Under the pieces are notes generated by a model. That model was not told the origin of the DNA. It did no database searches and saw nothing but the letters and a program-made list of their open reading frames with translations. 64,000 nt of DNA, taken from positions 108,979 to 172,978 of the forward strand of contig NC_057751.1 in NCBI RefSeq assembly GCF_004010195.1, read 5' to 3'. The translations under genes and the position numbers were made by a program. Of this stretch, positions 1 to 13,214 are shown one piece after another. Positions within the stretch are counted from its first letter, which is position 1. Each line of letters starts with the position of its first letter. The DNA is from Chiloscyllium plagiosum (lineage: Eukaryota).

Positions 1-1243
1 TTGAAGAGAGCAGAGCGGTAGACGTGATCTATATTCAGTAAGGTGTTTGACAAAGTTCCCTATGGGAGACTGGTTAGCAAGGTTAGATCTCATAGAATAC
101 AGGGAGAACTAGCCTTTTGGATATCAAACTGGCTTAAAGTTAGAAGACAGAGGGTGGTGGTGGAGGGTTGCTTTTCAGACTGTTGGCCTTTGAGCAATGG
201 AGTGCCACAAGGATTGATTCTGGGTCCACTGTTTATCATATCTGTATAAATGATTTGAATGTGAACATAGGAGGTATAGTTAGTAAGTTTGCAGATGGCA
301 CCAGAATTGGAGGTGTAGTGGACAGCAAAAAAGGTTACCTCAGAGTACAATGGGATATTGATCAGATCGTCCAATGGGCTGAGGAGTGGCAGATGGAGTT
401 TAATTTAAATAAATATGTGGTGCTGCATTTTGAAAAGGCAAATCAGAGCAGGACTTATACACTTAATGGTAAGGTCCCGGGGAGTGTTGCTGAACAAAGG
501 GACCTTAGAGTGCAGGTTCATTGTTCCTTGAAAGTGGAGTTGTGAGTAGATAGGGTAGTGAAGAAGGCAATTGGTATGCTTTCCTTTATTGGACAGAGCA
601 TTGAGTATAGGAGTTGGGATGACATGCAACAGCTGTACAAGTGGTTAGGCCACTTTTGGAATATTGTGTGCAATTCTAGTCTCCTTCCTATCGGAAAGAT
701 GTTGTGAAACTTGAAAGAGTTCCGAAAGGATTTACAAGGATGTTGCCAGGGTTGGAGGACTTGAGCTACAGGGAGAGGCTGAATAGGCCAGGGCTGTTTC
801 CCCTGGAACGTCAGAGGCTGAGGCATGACCTTATACAGGTTTATATAATCATGAGGGCCATGGATAGGATAAATAGACAAAGTCTCTGGGTGGGGGAATC
901 CAGAACTGGACGGTATAGGTTTTGGGGAAAGGGAGAAAAATTTAAAAGGGACCTAAGGGGCAACTTTGTCACGCAGAGGGTGGTGCATGTATAGAATAAG
1001 TTGCCAGAGGAAGTGGTGGAGGCTGGTACAATTCGAACAGTTAAAAGGCATCTGGATGGGTATATTAATAGGAAGGGTTTAGAGGGATATGGGCTAAGTG
1101 CAGGCAAATGGGACTAGATTAATTTAGGGAGAAAGTGAGGACTGCAGATGCTGGAGACTAGATTAATTTAGGATATCTGGTCGGCATAGACGAGTTAGAC
1201 CGAATGGGCTGTTTCCGTGCTGTACATCTCTATGAGTCTATGA
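1..1243 (+). mobile_element. CR1/HER1-type LINE, 3' half (RT to 3' tail), decayed
   Basis: FDKVP, GVPQGLILGP, SKFADGT, FTRMLPG and VTQRVV motifs with stops/frameshifts; ends in CTCTATGAGTCTATGA tail. Confidence 0.92.
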
Positions 1244-1295
1244 TTGTGGGCTCAACTTCATACCCAACCTACTTCTGGTAACCTTTGATTCCCAC

Positions 1296-1990
1296 TGAAA
1301 TAACTCTATAGAAGCTGGTATCCCATCACCAATGGTCACAGGAATGAAAAACTTAACCTATGAGGAATGTTTGAGGACTTTGGGTCAATACTCGATGGAG
1401 TTCAGAAGGATGAGGGGAGATCTAATTGAAACTTACAGAATAGTGAATGGCTTAGACAGAGTGGATGTTGGGAAGCTGTTTGGTAGGAGAGACGAGGACC
1501 CAAGGGCATAACCTTAGAGTAAAGGGAAGATCTTTTAGAATGGAGATAAGGAGAAATTACTTGAGCCATGGAGTGGGGAATCTATGGAATTCACTGCCAC
1601 AGAAGGCTGTGGAGACCAGATCATTGAAAATATTTAAGACTGGGATAGACAGGTTCTTGACTGTCAAGGGGATCAAGGGTTACAGGGGAAATTGGGAGAA
1701 TGGGGTTGAGAAACTTATCAGCCATGGTTGAATGGCAGAGCAAACCTAATGGGCTGAATGGCCTAATCTCTGCTCCTATGTCTTATGAACTTATGATCTA
1801 AGTCACCCTTTCTTTCCACATGCATAGTACACATCACTGGTCCAGCTCCTCAGAGCCAGCTCTCAAGAGTGAACAGAACCTCTGACACTCCTGTTTGCTA
1901 GGGCTCCCTAACTGGACCAGATTAAAAACTCTCATCAGGCAACTCACACTCAACGTGACCAACCTGGCCAACCTTGTTCCAATCACTACA
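1296..1990 (-). mobile_element. Probable solo LTR, interrupted by a CR1 3' fragment (about 1333-1800, +)
   Basis: On - it starts TGTAGTGA and ends TTATTTCA; flanks CCCAC/TCTAC resemble a degraded 5-bp TSD; the inner piece has CR1 RGDLIETY and NLWNSLP motifs. Confidence 0.55.
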
Positions 1991-4900
1991 TCTACGTTCA
2001 TCAAGAATCTGTCTCTGACTCAATGATCCTGCATCTACCAATCTGTGGGAAAGAGATCAAAAGACTTATGACTCTGAATGGATAAATCTCTCATTGCTGC
2101 CTTGAAGTTACTTTTGAAATAATTTCTCATCTTTGCTTCCACCATTGTTGTAATCACTGAGTTCCAAACTGTAACCACTCAATGTGAAAGTGAGTGGCAG
2201 GCCTCTAGGATATGCTGACGGTTGGTCAGATATTTCTGTCTTTCACATTGAACTGGATAAATGCTTGACTGTGATGAAGGTAAGTCACATACTCTAGAAG
2301 ACAACTGTCTCTTAAAAGTTCTCTTAGATCCATTTTCATCATCTGAGGGAGTCAGGCAGGAGTGCACCAGAATATTTCTGCTTCGATTGACCAGAGATTT
2401 ATTTTTTGCCTGATTGATGATGAGTGGGCAGTGGAGATGGGTGTTTCAATGGAGAAAGGAAGGTGGTGGGCAGAGTGGAAAGAGGGAGGTGATGATGATG
2501 CCATGGTCCAACTAGTCAGGGAGATGCTTTCACTCCCAGGCAGTCCCATAGGATTTGGCAATGTGTCCCAATTAGATATCATCAGCCAGGAGATCCCCAT
2601 CTCATCCTGTTACTGTCCCCGTGGAGACTAGTAACTTGTTAAAAAGGAATTGTGAGGTAAGATTTCACTGTAGCAAACCAAGTAAAACCAACAGAACTCA
2701 ACAGTATTAATTAACAGGTGAAGGATAATTCAAGCTGAAATGTAAATTTCACTTTTAATAGCTGATGCAAGAAAAAACAATACAACTACTAACATTATTT
2801 CCTGCAAAATGTGGCAGTGCAGGCAATCTCACAGTCTTGCCTTCTTGGCTTCCACTTTGTTTGAACTCCCACTTTCCATCCAATCTTTTCAGCCCAACTG
2901 AAATTCACCGGCAGCCATATTCCACCCGAAGGCCCTGGACATGATAAACACCAATGGCATAAATTCACAAACCGTCTTGAATCATGACAGTTGTGATGAC
3001 ACAGAATTCACAGAGATTCCTTTTTCTGAACTTTTTACATTGTTTTGTCAAGCTTCTCTGGGGTAATGCACTGGAAATCAATCCCACTATTCCTAGAGTC
3101 ATGACAAACATTAAGGATTTTACAAATGCATGCAGAATTTCCAAATGTACCAATGTTAAAGATTCAGCTTGATGGAAAGCATGGACCAGATTCCTGCCCT
3201 TAACAAGAATTGCTATTTATAACAAATAAATAGACTGTAGCTGCAAACAAACATGCAACTCTACTAATTAAAATTCCTGCTTACATACCCACCCACACAA
3301 AACATAGCTTCTTGGTCATTCTTCTCCAGATGTTTGCACTTTGTTGAATTGGCTAGTTCACACTCGTCTGATTTATTAATTAATGGTCACAGCTTAAACA
3401 AGCGCTGGAGGAAAGGTGCTGAGCTGTCGAAGAACCAATCATGTAGTTTGTGGTAGGCAGGAAGGACTTTGTCATCAATAACTGGTCAGTGGTCCACAGA
3501 CCAATTAGCTACTTAGAACTAGCCAAAACTCTATTTATGCACAAACCTTCAGCTCCAGCTTGTAATCAACTACTGCTGCGATCAGTAACAATAAGGGTCA
3601 CATTAGTTCCAGCATTCTGTAATTTTTTTTGTTCTTCTGTGCAGGACTCTGAGGTCCATGCATAGCAGTGACTTCTGCAAGTCAATGCTGTGAATGGCAT
3701 CGGCATGTCAACCACCATGCAGAGACCCTCAGAGCAGCTGTGTGTGGCCACACGATTTACAGCATGCATCAGTTACTTCCTTTCAAAACATGCAGCATTC
3801 CTCCAGCCATCATGGGATTCAAAAGTTCTTTCTTCATTTCAGTCCACCATTTAAAAACCAGAAAAACAAAAAGACTATACTTGACAAAAACCACTACCTC
3901 TCTCTTCAGACCTTCTCTGCAGAGGTACATTCCGCAAGGCGATGGACATGAGTCTCTTCTCCAACACAGCCACCTCAAAAATAACATGCAAAATAACTAG
4001 GTGGAAAGAATGAGCTGTCATAAAAGGCCTTTCTCACTGTTAGCCCTGTGACTTATTGACTGAAGATTGCTGGAGAAACATGCTGTTCTCAGCTGTGTGG
4101 ATGCTCCACAGTGATGCCTGCCACTAGCCAAGATCTAATACCCAAACTTCAAGCTTCACCAACTCACAAAACCGTCTGCACGTGATTGTCTAGTAACTGA
4201 GAAACCTCTTGGAGTTTATATATGAAGTGCGATGCACACCAAGCAAGACTGAGCTATCATGCCGAGTCGCCATTTATCAGACTTCTAAAATACCTCATGG
4301 AAAGAAATGCAAGACTTCTATATTTAAATTATCACTAGCTCACCAAATCATCTGGTTCCTTTGTAAACCCAAGTCAGATTGGTACAAGAGACTTTCACTA
4401 ATTTGATCATTAGCACTCAGATTACAGAGGGATTTTAAAGACAACAAAACCTTGCATTTGTCTCATACTGGTTCTGACCTGACTCCAGGCCTGTTTGGAT
4501 AAATTCCTGGGAGTTTATCACAGAACCTCCCACCATTAGTCACGAACCAATCAGGATGTCATCAGACATTTCACTCTTGGACTGAATTGGAGGACAGTCA
4601 AACACCTTGAGTTTTCCATCTATGGGGTTTGCCTATTTAAAGTAAATCCGACTGCTTGATAAACAGGCATAGTTGTTAAAGTGTAAGTGTCATTTCTCCT
4701 GGTTTACCAGCACACCACAGATCAGTCATTAAATCTTGGAGTATGGCCAGCCTGTCCACTCTCCTGTTTTCACTGATCACCATGCTCAGGTTTTACCAGC
4801 AATGAGAAAGATTTGTTCTTTTTGTGCCTCTCAAGAGAAAATGCTATCTTTTCAAACAGCTGGAAAGTTCCAGTGTGAGTTGGCTCAGGAATTGGGCAAT

Positions 4901-5484
4901 GTGACAATAACTGTACTCATCTATGTAACCACGGTGCCCTATTGCCTGACACCCTTGTGACTGCAGAGCTGAAATGTTAATGAGAGGTTTTTGAAGTGTT
5001 GATAAAAGGCCTGAGCTCATACCATAGCCAGCAGGCAGCTCACAGCTGGGGCACACTGACATTCACCGAGCTTGAGCCAGATCTGGCATCGGTTCATATC
5101 CCGCCCAATCCCTCTTGGGAGACAGATTCATGGACGATATTTGTTATCACAGTTTCTTCTGAATTACACAACTATTCATTGAAGAGTCAGCCGTAAAGAC
5201 TCAAACTGGCCACAGTGTTATATTTCTATTTCTCCATTCGTACGAAAAGCAGAAACATCCAGAGTATTCCCCCCATAGGGCCGCTGGGTTTTGGAAGCCA
5301 TTCCCAAGCAGCTGAAAAGATGAAAACTGACAGTCAGACTTTCTGACCTCTTGGGCGCTCCCCAATTTCAACTGTTCCACTACTGGGGATCATGCCTTCA
5401 GGCACCAAGGCCCCAAGCTCAAATTCCCACCATAAACTCCTCCACCTCATTTTCCTCCTTTAAAGCTGTGCTTAAAACTTACCT

Positions 5485-6220
5485 CTTTCAACATCTTCGT
5501 CTTAAGATGCTTAATAGAGTAAATGCTGAAAGGATGCTTCCTCTCATAGGAGATTGTAGAAGCAGAGGGCACAGTCTCAGAATTAAGAGGCATTGAAGAT
5601 AAAATGAGAAGGAATTTCTTCTCTCAGAGGTATTGTCTTTGGAACCCGTTGCCATAGGGAGCTCCTTATCTTGTCCTTAATGTATTTATAAAACCTTTTT
5701 TTTTCCAAAGCCATCTCATGTCTCCTTTTTGCCCTCCTGATTTCCTTCTTAAGTATACTCCTACTGCCTTTATACTCTTCTAAGGATTCACTCGATCTAT
5801 CCATCTGTACCTTACATATGCTTCCTTCTTTTTCTTAACCAAAACCTCAGTTTCTCCAGTCATCCTGCATTCCCTACACCAACCAGCCCTTTCTTTCACC
5901 TTCTCTAGTAGGTACATCCACATACTGAATCAGAAAATACTCTTGTACACACTTAACAAATTTCTTTCCATCTAAACCATGAACACTATAGCAATCCCAG
6001 TCTATGTCTGGAAAGTTAAAATCCGCGACCATAACCATCCTATTCTTCTTGTTTGAGATTGAAATGGATAGATTTAGATCAGTCAGGGGATCAAGAGTTA
6101 GAGAGAAACCACAGCAAAGTAGATGTGACAATATTGGATCAGCATGATTTCATTGAATCATGAAGCAGACTCAAAGGGTTGAATAACCTACCTCTGTTCC
6201 TCATTCTTACGATCTTACAG
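5485..6220 (+). mobile_element. CR1 3' end with inserted minus-strand CR1 pieces (about 5660-6050)
   Basis: RGHSLRI on +; KKEIRRAKRRHE and DFNFPDIDW...FVKCVQE on -. Confidence 0.75.
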
Positions 6221-6879
6221 ACTTAATCTTTCTGTCAGATTCCCTAGAATGTCTTTAAGTGTCTCAGTGCCATGATTGGTTTAAGAGTGTTCCTGTGAAG
6301 TAATTCATTATGTTAAAGGTTCTGCACAAATAGAAGTTGCTTTTGTTGTTGTTTGAGCAGTGAAAGACATGAACAGAAAATAAACACATGCTGAAACCAA
6401 GATTGCACTTGTCTGAGCCTGACAAGGCAAAGTGGCTGTGGAAAAGCAAGCAAGTCATCTCTGACACAATGAATGGAGAAAAATCAATCAGAGTCGGAGA
6501 TGAACAGCCACACCAAAACTGAAACTGTCAGAGACATCGAATGAGAGGGATGGTGACACAGGAATAGGCAGACAGCACAAATCGAGGTAAATCGTTCATG
6601 ATCTGAAAGCCATTATGGAAACAGTGTTATAAGGAGATCAAAACTGGGAACTTAACATTGTTGTGATGTTGGGTATAGTAATTGCACATTGGGAGGTATA
6701 AAGTTAGAATTTTGTTAGTCAAATTGTAAAATGCTTGGGGGGAGGGGGGAAGCCTTGCATGGTCCCTTTAAAAGATGGCACTTTTTTTGGTGCTTAGAGA
6801 TTTGGAATGGAGGTCTTGCTTGGGTGTTTGCAGGTGCATAGAGAGCACCCAAACTGAGACATTTGATTTGAAAGTACAT

Positions 6880-8910
6880 TATTACAACATGGAAGCGAAC
6901 CCCTCTGTTAATTAAACCAAATACCCAGAAAAGCTCACCTCATCTTGCAATCTGTTAAAATATTAGTGACAGAGAACTCCCAAATTCCACTATTTAAAGA
7001 AAATAACATCAATTTATTTTCTAACTCTAAAAGTGACCATTCAATAAAAACTTCACAAATCTAAGCCCCCTTTTCTCCTAGCTACTTACTATCTGACTCT
7101 AACTCTATAAAAAGTATGCTGTTCCTATAAGACACTTATTAAAACCACACAGTTTCTGTCTTCTTCTGTGTCTTCACACTTCAGCTGATGACCCCTGGGT
7201 TGTCTTCTTTCTTTTCATTGCGAACAGGCTTTACATGAAAAAGATATCTTTTGACAGAAAGAGTTTTTCTGAAATTTCTTTAAGAGCATGACGTGAGATA
7301 GGCATTTAACTCTCTGGCAGTCTCTCTCTCTATGGTAGGTGTTCTCTGGCCAATTTTAAAAATGTCCGATTTCCACCCTCCACATTGGATCATCTCATTG
7401 GCTCGATGTTGGCTAAACAATAAATCCAAACTCGAATGGGTTTTAGTTTCCTTGGTCATAATTCAAACTGATTAATGTAAACTGGTTTAGTTCAAACTGT
7501 TGTCAAAACAACCAAAACTCAGTTATCCATTTCACAGCCAAATGTTACATCTTTTCAATTTTCCAATATACTTTGGGACTGCCATCTAGCCATATATAGA
7601 GGTGCTTGTAAACTCTCAGTTCAGAACAGCATTCTCTCACTCTTAAAGGTACAGTACAGCCTTATTGAATTCTTTGAGGACGTGACAAGACAAGTTGACA
7701 AAGGTCAAGCAGTGGATGTGGTGTATATGGATTTCAGTAAGGCATTCAATAAGGTTCCCTACGATAGGCTCATTCAGAAAGTAAGAAGGTATGGAATACA
7801 GGGAAATTTGGTTGTCTGGATATGGAATTGGCTGGCCAAAAGAATTCAGCGAGTGGTGGTGGATGGAAAGTATTCCGCCTGGAAGTTGGTGACCAGTGGT
7901 GTCCCGCAGGGTTCTGTTCTTGGGCCTCTGCTCTTTGCAGATTTTATAAATGACTTGAATGAAGAAGTGGAAGGGTGGGCTAGTAAGTTTGCCGATGACA
8001 CAAAGGTCGGTGGTGTTGGAGATAGTGTCGAGGCCTGTTGCAGGCTACCACATGACATCAACAGGATGCAGAGTTGGGTTGAGAAGTGACAGATGGAATT
8101 CAACCTGGATAAATGTGAAGTGCTTCATTTTGGAAGGTCGAATTTGAATGCTGAATACAGAGTTAAAGACAGGATTCTTGGCAGTGTGGAGAAACAGTAG
8201 GATCTTGGGGTAACGTACATAAATCCCTCGAAGTTGCCACCCAAGTTGTTATGGTTGTTAAGAAGGCATATGGTGTTTTGGTTTTCATTAACAGAGGGAT
8301 TGAGTTTATGGGCCATGAGGTTTCACTGCAGCTCTATAAAACCCTGGTTAGATCACACTTGGAATATTGTGTCCAGTTCTGGTCACCTCATTATAAGAAG
8401 AATGTAGATGCTTTAGAGAGGGTGCAGAGTAGATTTACCAGGATGCTGCCTGGATTGGAGGGCTTGTTGTATGAAGAGAGGTTGAATGAGCTTGGGCTTT
8501 TCATACTGGAGAGAGGAAGGAAGAGATGTGACTTGATGGAGGTGTACAAGGTAATGAGAGGCACAGAGAGAGTAGATAACCAGAGACTTTTCCCCAGGAC
8601 AGAAATAGCTGTCATGAGAGGTAATAGTTTTAAGGTGATTGGAGGGAGATATAGGGGAGATGTCAGAGGTATGTTCTTTACACGGAAAGTGGTGGGTGTG
8701 TGGTATGCACTGCCAGCGGTGGTCGTAGAGTCAGAGACATTAAGGACATTTAAGTGACTGCTGGATAAGCACATGGATGGCAGTAAATTGAGAGGTGTAT
8801 ATGTTAGGTTGATCTTAGATTAAGATAAATGCTTGGCACAAAATCGTGGGCCGATGGGCCCATACTGTGCTGCACTGTTCCATGTTCTACACAGTTTCAA
8901 CTTCATAACA
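6880..8910 (-). mobile_element. Probable second LTR nested in the Gypsy 5' LTR
   Basis: Block ends CTTCATAACA (TGTTATGAAG on -); non-coding; split by the CR1 at 7656-8890. Confidence 0.45.
7656..8890 (+). mobile_element. CR1 LINE, 5'-truncated
   Basis: ORFs 7682-8089 (YMDFSKAF, GVPQGSVLGPLLF, FADDTK) and 8251-8757 (LEYCVQFWSP); CR1-type 3' end. Confidence 0.93.
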
Positions 8911-11900
8911 TTGTATAATGAACAGGCCAAGCAGCAGATTTTTTTACCAAGTCAACAGGCTTTTGAATTTAGCCAAACAATTTGAACCAGGCACTTAGAT
9001 ACCAATAAACTATTAATTTTAAGTCTGATGGTTTGACAACATCGGATGAAACATATGTCATTGATATGTCTTCAGGGCCAAAGAAGAGAGAGAAATTGGC
9101 TCTTACAGTTATTTTTATTTTAGAGAAAGCACCATTCAAAATATAACAGTACCAATAATAAAGAAAGCGTTCTTGACAGAATATTCAGAGAAGAAGGCAT
9201 TCCTGACAGAAGAACGACGAAGAAGGATCAAAATATTCAAGAAGACACATAACCTGGCTTTAATTTCGAGGGACTAAATTCTATCTTCTGATTTATAAGT
9301 GGGACTTGTATTTATTGGAACAGCATACCATTAGAATATTGTTTTTTTTTCAGGAATAGTTAGTAGTTTAAAGGGATTTGTTCAGTTTGTTAATACTTTA
9401 GTTAATTTGTTCACTGTTCTGGTGAGATAAATAAATTGTCACTTGTTGATTTCAAAGTGAGTGTCGGGGATTTGTTTTATTTAACCACTAGAAGTTACTG
9501 AAAAGCAGGTTATACAACCTTTCACACTCTTCTTATGGATTATAGGGCGAGGCGCTCATCCTTGGGTGTTTCAATTTTAGTTCTCGGGGGGGTGACCAAC
9601 CTCTATTTTGTAACAAATTAGGGGCTTGGGTCTGTGATTTGGATGGAGTTGATCAGATTTAGGGTACAAAAAGTCCCAGCAGATTTAAACAGATTTGGGC
9701 ACTAGAGTCTTGGATCTTTAAATGAAACTTAAGTGAGAAGTGGAAAATCTGTTTAATTCCAGTTGCTTGTTGTTGGTTGAATCAAAAGTGAGGAAATAGC
9801 TCTTAACATTGCTGAAGAGGTTCTGGGGGTCAAAGATGCTTCCCAAATTTGTCAAGGAAGTTTCAAAATACAGGAAAAGGTCACACTTTTGGAATTAGCA
9901 AATGGGCTACAATTGGGTTTAACTAAGGATAATAAGAAAGCTGAAATTGTAACAGAGTTAGCCAAACATTTAGGTGTATCAGAGAAACAGTCAAGTGCGT
10001 TGGAGTTTTAAAACATTTGCAAATTAGACAAGCAGAGTTAGAAAATGAACTTAAAACATAAAAGAAGAAAAAGAAAGGAACAGAAACAGTTTGAATTATG
10101 GTTAAAAGCAAAGGAAACTGATTAGGAAAGAATCACCCAAGCAGAAGATAAAGAAAGGGAAAGAATGTTTGGGTTGGAAAAGATGGATTTGGAACTTGAA
10201 ACAAAAATACTTCAAATGACAGAAGTAAAAGTACAGGCTAGAAGTGATGACGAGCAAACTCACCATGGCCAACAGCCTGGTAGGGATGTAGACAAATATG
10301 TCCAAACATTGCCAAAATTTGTTTAAAAATGTAGAAGCCTTTTTTATTTCCTTTGAGAAACTGGCTACACAAATTAACTGGCCAGTGACTGTGTGGGTAA
10401 TGTTGATCCAAAGAAAGTTGGTAGGTAGGGCTAACCAGGTATTTGTAGCACTGCCAGAGGAGGTGTAAGGAGAATATGAAGAAGTAAAACAGGCTATTTT
10501 GAGTCCCTACAAATTTCTACCAGAAGCATATCAACAACAGTTTAGAAATTTAAGATAAGAAGCAGGGTAGACTTTTATCGTGTTTGAAAAAATTAAACAG
10601 AGCCACTTCAATAGATGGATGACTGCATTAAAGATAGAAAAGACATATGGGCTCTGAGAGATATTATTCTTCTGGAGGAGTTTAAAAACTCACGTTCAGA
10701 AATGATAAGATTTTATGTTGAGGAACAGATAGTTAAAACAGTGAGAAGAACTGCAGAGTTTGCAGATGAATACACAAGTGCATCAATCAAAATCCAGATT
10801 CTGACAGCAATTTCCTTCTGTAAGGCATAAAAATTGGGAAAGAGGGAGATCATTAAGGAAAAGCAAGAAGTAGACCACACTGGGAACACCTACTACAGGT
10901 GAAAAAAGGAACCCAAGAGGGTGGAAAAGAGGTGAAAGACCTCAAATGTTTTCACTGTCATAGAGTGGGACACACAAAATCACAGTGCTGGTGGTTTACG
11001 AAAGGCACTAGGAAAAGGGATGTGGTAGAAGAGGCTAAACCAATGGGATTAGTTGAGATAGTAAAGGAAATTGCAAGAAAAGTCGAGGAACTGCATGAGA
11101 GTGCACAGCTTAGTTCTAGACTGGATAGTAAGATAGGGCCTGATCTTTTCAAAGACTTCACCTGTGTGGGTACGATTTACTCAGGTAGTACAGGGGGACG
11201 TAGGTAATGAAATTTAAATATTGAGAGGTACGGGTGCTAGTCTGTCTCTAATATATTTGCACTCCTGAAATATTGCCTGAGGAAGTGGTAATCTGTGGAA
11301 TAAATGGAGAGAGGAGTAGTGTTCCCCTGTGTAAGCTAAATCTAGAAAGTCCAATTAAGACTGGGGAAGTCACAGTGGGAGTGGAAAAATTGGCTATTCT
11401 ATGAATCCGGTTTACTCTTGGAAATGATATAGCTGGATCACAGTGGGTGTGATGCCCATTGTAGTGGAAAAGCGAAAAGAAAATCAGGGAACTGAGGAGT
11501 TAAAAGAAAACACACCCTTGAAGTTTTCCAGACTGTGTGGTGACAAGATTCCACAGCCAAAAGTTAAAACAAGAAGGGAAAACAAAAGAGAAAGATGAAA
11601 GAGTTGAGGTCCAGTTAACAGATGCTATTTGATGAGCTGGTAAAGGAAAAACCAAAACAGGTAGAGTATCATGCAGAGGTGTTTAGTTTTGAAAGATTAA
11701 TGGAATTACAACAAAAAGATGAGACGATAAAGGATATATATCATAAAATCTATTCAGACAGGAATCAGAGGGTATTCCAAAATGCTATTACCTGAAGGAT
11801 AAAATCTTAAATTGCCGGTAGAATACAGACAAGAATTATTGCAGGTGGCAGACAAACACTTACCTGTAGACGGACATGTAGAATTGAGGAATAGTCAGGT

Positions 11901-13214
11901 TAAGATACAGATGCATTTTTATTAGCCTGTATTACATAAAAAGGTGGTTGAATTTTGCCATACCTGTCATGTTTGTCAGATGGTAGGAAAGCCACAGGCA
12001 GTGATAAATCCAGCACCCTTGATGCCAATTCCTGCATTTTCAGAACCTTTCACACAGGTATAATTGATTGTTGTAGGTCCCCTCCCTAAAACCAAAGGTG
12101 GGAACCAGTATTTGTTAACCGTAATGCATGTGTCTACCAGGTTTCTGGAGGCAATTCCATTATGAATTGTCAAGTCAAAAAAGGTTGTGGAGGGGTTGTT
12201 GCTTTCTTTAACCGTTATGAATTACCCAGGGAGATTCAACCAAGGGTCCAATTTTACTGCCAAATTATTTCAGGAGCTCATAGATAGTTTAGGCATCGAA
12301 CTCTTTCAAGCAAGTGGGTACTATCCTGATCCCTTTGAGCATTGGAAAGGTGGCATCAGACCCTGAAGACTTTGTTGCAGGCTTATTGCCAGGATTACCC
12401 AAATGATTGGGATAAATGTATCCCATTTATATAATTTACTATTAGAGACACTCCAAATGAATCAACTCAATTTACTCCATTTGAATTGATATTCGGACAT
12501 AAACTCAGAGGGCCTTAAAAATTAATTTTTAAAAAATTGATAGGTCCAAAGTCAGAGATCTCACAGTTGGATTATTTATCTGAGCTGAGAGAGAGATTAA
12601 CCAGAGTCAGTGAATTAACAAGACAACATTGGAAGGTGGCACAGAACCGAATGAAGCAAGAGGCAGATAAGAAATCAAATTTGTATGTCTGCCCATGGGG
12701 GATAAAGTATTGGTGTTGTTACCAATGTTAGGAGATCCCTTCAAAGCAAGGTTCAGTGGTCCCTATCTGTTAGGTCAGATGAATTATCTGGTAAAGATGC
12801 TCGATAGGAAAAACCTTATTGTGTATGTCATGTGAACATGTTGAAACATTACTATGACAGGGAAAGGGAACCAGAAAAACAGGTGTTAGTTACAAGACGA
12901 CTTGGATTTTGATGTGTCTCAGAATAAATTGAATAATGAGGAAGTCTTTAAGGAATGGGATAAGGTAGTGAGCTATCTGTCCCAAGAACAGAGAACTGAA
13001 TGGAAAGACTTGTCACAGTGCTATGAGGATCTATGTAGAAATAGAATGGGGAGGACTAATGCCACACTAAATGCAGTTGACGTCAGGAATGCTGTTCTAT
13101 AGGATCTGCAGGCTTAATCCCCTCAAAGGAGCACAGGTCCAGAAGGAAGTGGAAGTGATGCTCCAAGAAGACATCATGGAAATGAGTTAAAGCAAGTGGA
13201 GTTCGCCAATCATA

